Source: Ferroglobus placidus DSM 10642 (GTDB taxonomy: Archaea > Halobacteriota > Archaeoglobi > Archaeoglobales > Archaeoglobaceae). From it: a stretch of 32,000 bases of DNA. Positions 27,636-32,000 of this stretch are shown here, piece after piece; within the stretch, counting starts at the first letter, position 1, and each line of letters starts with the position of its first letter. The notes beneath the pieces were generated by a model, which made no database searches, had not been told where the DNA came from, and saw nothing but the letters and a program-made list of their open reading frames with translations. The stretch is from contig NC_013849.1 of assembly GCF_000025505.1 (NCBI RefSeq), positions 480,001 to 512,000 of the forward strand, written 5' to 3'. The position numbers were made by a program, and so were the translations under genes.

Positions 27636-30167
27636 CTACATACCTCCGAACTCATCAAACTCCTCTGGAGACACATCCTCTTCGTAAGCCATACCAAGAC
27701 CTGCTCCTCCCAGACCAGCTCCCGGACCGGAACCAAAGCCAGAGCCAGATCCGGGGCCGAAAGAGGGGCGGAACCTAGCTCCTCTGCCACCACCTCTCAC
27801 CCAGCTCCACCCCCTCATTGCAGCCCTGTAATCGAGCGTGTGGGCCTCGGGGTCGTAGGTGTAGGGGGAGATGTGGGTGAGGTGCCTGTGGTAGCTCTCC
27901 ATCCTGTCCCTTATGTACTCCCTCAGCTTTGCCTGGGCAACCTTCTGCTGTGCGAGATACATCTGCGCTCTCCTTATCTTCTCCGCCTCCTCAGCAGGAA
28001 TTGAGGTTCTCACCAGCCCTCCGGCGGAGATGAAGTCTGCCATCCTCCTCGCAGCATCCGCCTCCCTCGCAGCTCCCTCTCCCCTTGCTGGAGTTTCCAG
28101 AGAGTCCGCCACTATTCTGTCTCCCAGAGTTGCAATTGCTCTCCCCCTCGCATTCACAAGGTGCTCCGCCAGATCGCTTGCCGCCTGCACGTTCCCGCTG
28201 TTTACCTCCTCAAAAACCTCTCTCACCCTTGCCTCCGAAAGTCCTGTTGCCTCAGCATAAACCCTGATAGCATCATCAAACCTGTATGCGGGTGTTTCAG
28301 ATATGTCCTGGACTAATGCCTGAGCAACAGCATCAGTGTTTGATCCTGAAACAAGCTCTCTGAAGGTGTTGTTGTAGGGCTCTATCTGCGCATACACGTC
28401 CCTCAGACTTTCAGCCACATTCCATGCTGCATCATAGTCTCCTGCCACAGCCCCCGCAAGATCCCTCTCACTAACTCCCTGGGCTTTGAGGAACGCCCTG
28501 GCGAAGTCGCTTTTCATCACATACTGCCCGAGCTCGGGATGCTCCTGGAAAAGCCTCTGCACTTTCTCAGCATTCTCCGCAGCATCCTGGCCGGTTGCAG
28601 CAGCAAGAAGCGATGCAAGGCCGAGCACCCCAGGATCTTTCATCTTCTTTGCAAACTCGAAGTTGTCCTGGAGCATTCTGTGGTAGGCCTGCTCAACACT
28701 GCGAAACTCCCTGCCAGCCCCCCTGCCGTACACGGCTGAGACCGCATTTCTCAAATCCTGCAGTCTCTTCACACCCTCCTCACTCCTTCCCCCCAGGCTT
28801 GCAGCATCAGCAGCAAGCCTGCCGATGCCCAGGGAGATATCTTCGAGCGCATTGGCGGCGTGGGGATTTGTTGCATCCACATCCCCTGTTTTGGCGAGGG
28901 AGTGGAGCATGCCGAGAGATGCTGTCGGCACTCCAGCTTTAGCAAGCGCCCCGGCACCGCTCAAAAGTGTCTCATCCCTTTTGAGTTCAGGGGCAAATCT
29001 CTGAACTGCCCTCGCAGCTCTGCCAATGACCGGCGCTCTTGCTGCAAGCCCCGTCACACTCTCACCCAGTCTGTGAAGAGGTACGGCAAGTTTTGAGGGC
29101 ATTGCTGCATACAGCGGGGCGAGCTTCCCACCCATCGCAATGGCTGATGCTCCCTTAACTCCTGCAAACGCCTTGATACCGGGTCTGCCGTAGAATATGA
29201 GCGATCTTATAAGCCCTGCACTTGCAGCACCAAAACCACCCATCATTGATGAGACTATTGTGGGAAAGGCAAATACGAGGAACAAAGGCCCGAGGATTAT
29301 GAACACTCCCATCAGCCCCGCCTGGTTAATCATGTCTGTGTTTGCGAACTTCACCATGAATCCAACTATGAGTGCCCCGAGAACGGAGAGAGTGGGGAGT
29401 ATTATGCCAAGCCCCCAGAAATACTCCACGAACTCTCCGAGCTTTCTCAGTGGTCCAACACCTATGACCAGGAAGAAGCAGAATATGGGCATTGCCGCAG
29501 CAACGAGGTATATTAACACGAGCCTCACAGCCACTATGGCGAGAGCTGACAGGATGAAGAGGAGAAGGAATGGAGCCAGAACCTCTCCGAGCGTTAGGAC
29601 GAGGGCACCGGTTGTAACAGCTGCCGTAAATGTACCGGTAAGAACGTTTGCCAGATTCTGTATGTCGGCAGAGCCTACAAACAGTGTCAGGATCTCATCT
29701 GAAATCTGATTTGTCAGCCAGACGAGTGTGTCCACAATCGGAAAGCTGAAGTATGCCAGCAGAGTTGCGTATGCAACCCTCTTTATGTATCCCTCGAACA
29801 GCATCCTGTTCGGTGGTTCGGATGAAAACATCACGTAAATGCCAAGCAGCACGAGGCTGATGGGGAGGAGCTGTGTTAGGTAGATGTCAAAGCAGGTCTT
29901 CCAGGCATCCTTTACTTCCTCAAGCCTGGCCGGACGGGGGACGTAGGCGAGCCAGCTCGAAAGTGTCTTCACAAGCCCTCCCACAATATACTGCAGAGCA
30001 CCATAGAGCCCCTGGTAAAAAAGCTGGATGGCCCAGTTAATACCACCCGCTATGAAGTCCACGATCGGATTGCCTCCCCCTGTGTTGTTTCCTTCCTGCG
30101 CCGCAACTGGCAGTATAACCGCTGTGAGTATCGCAATCAGCAGTATGGCCTTTACTACCTTCATCAT
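27636..30167 (-). CDS. Large polytopic membrane protein (843 aa) with signal peptide, ~8-10 TM helices and a long Ala-rich helical C-terminal domain; TrbL/VirB6-like topology (inference)
   Basis: MMKVVKAILLIAILTAVILPVAAQEG is the signal. Dense hydrophobic helices run to about aa 330. A soluble domain of about 500 aa then ends in Gly-rich GGGRGARFRPSFGPGSGSGFGSGPGAGLGGAGLG and the acidic tail EEDVSPEEFDEFGGM. The start looks leaderless (TATA-like ATAATATAA about 15-20 nt upstream). Confidence 0.75.
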   Translation of the reverse strand: MMKVVKAILLIAILTAVILPVAAQEGNNTGGGNPIVDFIAGGINWAIQLFYQGLYGALQYIVGGLVKTLSSWLAYVPRPARLEEVKDAWKTCFDIYLTQLLPISLVLLGIYVMFSSEPPNRMLFEGYIKRVAYATLLAYFSFPIVDTLVWLTNQISDEILTLFVGSADIQNLANVLTGTFTAAVTTGALVLTLGEVLAPFLLLFILSALAIVAVRLVLIYLVAAAMPIFCFFLVIGVGPLRKLGEFVEYFWGLGIILPTLSVLGALIVGFMVKFANTDMINQAGLMGVFIILGPLFLVFAFPTIVSSMMGGFGAASAGLIRSLIFYGRPGIKAFAGVKGASAIAMGGKLAPLYAAMPSKLAVPLHRLGESVTGLAARAPVIGRAARAVQRFAPELKRDETLLSGAGALAKAGVPTASLGMLHSLAKTGDVDATNPHAANALEDISLGIGRLAADAASLGGRSEEGVKRLQDLRNAVSAVYGRGAGREFRSVEQAYHRMLQDNFEFAKKMKDPGVLGLASLLAAATGQDAAENAEKVQRLFQEHPELGQYVMKSDFARAFLKAQGVSERDLAGAVAGDYDAAWNVAESLRDVYAQIEPYNNTFRELVSGSNTDAVAQALVQDISETPAYRFDDAIRVYAEATGLSEARVREVFEEVNSGNVQAASDLAEHLVNARGRAIATLGDRIVADSLETPARGEGAAREADAARRMADFISAGGLVRTSIPAEEAEKIRRAQMYLAQQKVAQAKLREYIRDRMESYHRHLTHISPYTYDPEAHTLDYRAAMRGWSWVRGGGRGARFRPSFGPGSGSGFGSGPGAGLGGAGLGMAYEEDVSPEEFDEFGGM

Positions 30168-30326
30168 ATTACACTATAGGTTATATTATGATAAAGCTTT
30201 CTGTTGTTGCTTGATTGGTGGTTAGAGGAGAATATGGGAAGAAGTGTCATGGCATAGATAAACAGTTAAAAACTGTGGTTTTACTTATAGTGTAAGAAAA
30301 AAGAGTGTTTTGAAATGCAAATTATC

Positions 30327-30400
30327 TGGACCGGTGGGGATTTGAACCCCAGGCCTCCGCCATGCCAAGGCGGCGCTCTTCCAGGCTGAGCTACCGGCCC
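30327..30400 (-). tRNA. tRNA-Ala (anticodon GGC), no encoded CCA
   Basis: The reverse complement is GGGCCGGTAGCTCAGCCTGGAAGAGCGCCGCCTTGGCATGGCGGAGGCCTGGGGTTCAAATCCCCACCGGTCCA. It folds as a 74-nt cloverleaf: 7-bp acceptor stem with G3:U70 (the Ala identity pair), D arm GCTC/GAGC, anticodon stem CCGCC/GGCGG, loop TTGGCAT, and T arm TGGGG-TTCAAAT-CCCCA. Confidence 0.95.
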
Positions 30401-30496
30401 AAGTGATTGTAATTTATCTAACTCCATGAGCTTATAAGGTTTATGGACAAGAGAAAAACATATTTTTCAAAGCAATAACCCTTTCACTGTTGCCCT

Positions 30497-32000
30497 ATGA
30501 GAGGCGAAGTGGGGAAAATTGTCGGAGAAGCGACGCCTTATGAGTTCAGCTTTCAAATCTACAACCCTCTCGAAGTGAAGAAAGGAGATTTCGTGAAAGT
30601 TTGGAACGACGCTGACGGATGGTTTGCGGCTTACGTTTCTGAAATAAAGGCTGTTTCAAAAAGCGATGAGAGAGATGGAAGTGAAACTTATCTGGCTAAA
30701 GCAGTAGTCCTCGGAAAGAGAAGTGGAAAGAGCATAATTTTGCCGAAGACGCCTTTCGTTCCCGGAGATAGGGTTTTTAAAGCTGAGGAGGATTTCGTTG
30801 CTGAATGCTTGGGATTTTACGAAGACGGCGTTTACTTGGGATACCTTGGGGATACGAAAATAAGAGTAACCCTAAACCCCAACACTCTCGTTCAAAAGCA
30901 CGTTTGCATTTTGGCAAAAACGGGAAGCGGAAAAAGTTACACGGCAGCAGTAATAATCGAGGAACTGCTCGAGAAAGACGTGGCTCTCCTGATAATAGAT
31001 CCCCACGGAGAATACGAGAGCTTAAAGTATCCGAACGATGACGAAAGCCTCGAGGAGTTTGGTTTAAAACCGAAGGGTTACGCTGACAAAGTCAGGATGT
31101 TCGTTCCTCCTAAATCTCCGTTAGCTGACAAAGCCGACGGCATTCTAAGGCTCGACGGAATAAATCTATCTGCTGAAGAAATAATTGAAATGGGAGAAAT
31201 TAGAAAATCCTCGGCTCAGGCAGCTATCTACCAGTTAATACGGGAGATGAGGGGAAGGACTTACACGATTCAAGATTTGATAGATGAAGCTGAACAACTA
31301 AGCGGGAATCTCAAAGCTGAGATAATTGGAGCTTTAACTAAGATCGAAGAGACTGAACTTTTCAGCGAAAATCCAACGCCTATAGATGTCTTAATGCAGA
31401 AGGGGAAGGCAGTGATTTTAAATTTAGCCGGAGTAGATCCAGTTCATCAGGACATAATCGTGGCTAAGGTTTGCAGGGAGATATTTGAGATGAGGAAAAG
31501 GGGAGAGATAGATCCGGGGATGATCGTTGTCGATGAAGCTCATAACTTCGTTCCGGAGAAAGGAATTGACAAATCTGTTTCTTCGAGCATCCTCAGAACT
31601 ATAGCGAGCGAGGGAAGGAAGTTCGCTTTAGGACTTATGATAATTAGCCAGAGACCTGCAAGGATAGACAAAAACGTTCTCAGCCAGTGCAACACCCAGA
31701 TAATCCTTAGAGTTACGAATCCCAACGATATAAACTCGATAAAGAGGGGGGTTGAAGGGATAACCTCGGAAATGGTGGAAGAAATAAAAAGATTACCCGT
31801 CGGACATGCTCTCGTGATCACTCCCGACTTAGAGAGGCCGGTAATAGTTAGAGTTAGAACGAGAAAGAGCAAGCACAAAGAGGCTGAAGAGATAATTAAA
31901 TTTGAAAAGAAAAAAGCGAAGAAAGAAGAGAAAAGAAAGGACAGCCCGAAAAAGGAAATAAAGGAAAAGAAAGGGGGATTTTTCAAAAAGCTTTTCGGTG
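30497..32000 (+). CDS. HerA-type (DUF87/FtsK-HerA superfamily) ATPase, 3' end beyond the window
   Basis: The frame is open from ATG 30497 to the window end, so it is absent from the ORF track. It has an N-terminal HAS-barrel-like segment (GKIVGEATPYEFSFQIYNPLEVKKGDFVKVW), Walker A ILAKTGSGKSY, Walker B MIVVDEAHNF, and LMIISQRPARIDKNVLSQCNTQIILRVTNPND. The tail is Lys-rich. Antisense ORF 31540..31986 is a shadow. Confidence 0.85.
   Translation, partial: MRGEVGKIVGEATPYEFSFQIYNPLEVKKGDFVKVWNDADGWFAAYVSEIKAVSKSDERDGSETYLAKAVVLGKRSGKSIILPKTPFVPGDRVFKAEEDFVAECLGFYEDGVYLGYLGDTKIRVTLNPNTLVQKHVCILAKTGSGKSYTAAVIIEELLEKDVALLIIDPHGEYESLKYPNDDESLEEFGLKPKGYADKVRMFVPPKSPLADKADGILRLDGINLSAEEIIEMGEIRKSSAQAAIYQLIREMRGRTYTIQDLIDEAEQLSGNLKAEIIGALTKIEETELFSENPTPIDVLMQKGKAVILNLAGVDPVHQDIIVAKVCREIFEMRKRGEIDPGMIVVDEAHNFVPEKGIDKSVSSSILRTIASEGRKFALGLMIISQRPARIDKNVLSQCNTQIILRVTNPNDINSIKRGVEGITSEMVEEIKRLPVGHALVITPDLERPVIVRVRTRKSKHKEAEEIIKFEKKKAKKEEKRKDSPKKEIKEKKGGFFKKLFG

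Noticed and set aside
30171-30293. A 10-nt imperfect inverted repeat (acactatagg / cttatagtgt) flanking the promoter of the 843-aa gene
   Set aside because: It matches at 9 of 10 positions, has a ~100-nt spacer and lies in AT-rich context. It is compatible with chance.
31540-31986. 148-aa minus-strand ORF with a hydrophobic, Phe/Leu/Ser-rich product
   Set aside because: It is an antisense shadow of the Lys/Glu-rich 3' part of the HerA-type gene.
30497-32000. The HerA-type ATPase as the VirB4/TrbE-like conjugation ATPase of the element
   Set aside because: It lies beyond the tRNA in AT-richer DNA, is divergently transcribed from the tRNA, and has a HAS-barrel N-terminus typical of housekeeping HerA/DUF87 proteins. 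Nothing links it to the pilus or membrane genes. It cannot be excluded without a phylogeny.

Overview
Archaeal DNA. This rests on BRE/TATA promoters, leaderless or GGTGA-type SD starts, AGG/AGA-rich codon use, and a tRNA-Ala with G3:U70. An Archaeoglobales-like euryarchaeon is my inference only.

Left ~21 kb: this looks like part of an integrated plasmid- or virus-like element.
- 1-9 kb (+ strand) is a tightly packed block of ORFans. Interspersed are an HNH nuclease, an RNase HI-SWIM fusion, an ATP-dependent ligase-like enzyme and a divergently transcribed pilin-lamin-tail-domain protein.
- 9-17.3 kb (- strand) is a type IV pilus-like operon. Its FlaI/VirB11-family ATPase carries a ~410-aa acidic low-complexity insert and a C-terminal Myb/GcrA-like HTH. 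It is followed by a prepilin-like Ig-domain protein, a FlaJ/TadC platform protein and a 610-aa secreted protein.
- Next come a divergent regulator that shares the same HTH module as a 105-nt inverted duplication, and a DsbA/VKOR-like oxidative-folding pair. The VKOR-like gene is split by a perfect 8-bp tandem duplication.

Junction and right part: a decayed junction (RHH-wHTH gene, gene remnants, 0.5 kb of AT-rich non-coding DNA) precedes htpX and a beta-CASP nuclease with an unrecognised 175-aa C-terminal extension.

Most unusual locus: two RAMP genes (Cas7/Csm3-like and Cas5/Csm4-like) sit directly behind a degenerate mini-array of 4 repeats and 3 spacers. No Cas10, Cas11, Cas6, Cas1/2 or helicase is present anywhere in the window. 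Upstream lie a DUF5658-like protein and an 843-aa polytopic membrane protein, then tRNA-Ala(GGC) and a HerA-type ATPase cut by the window end.

A 38-bp palindrome-flanked TATA element sits 65 nt upstream of the mini-array. A second copy sits 64 nt upstream of a solitary repeat-like unit at 21.7 kb.

All family assignments come from motif reading by eye. No searches were run.
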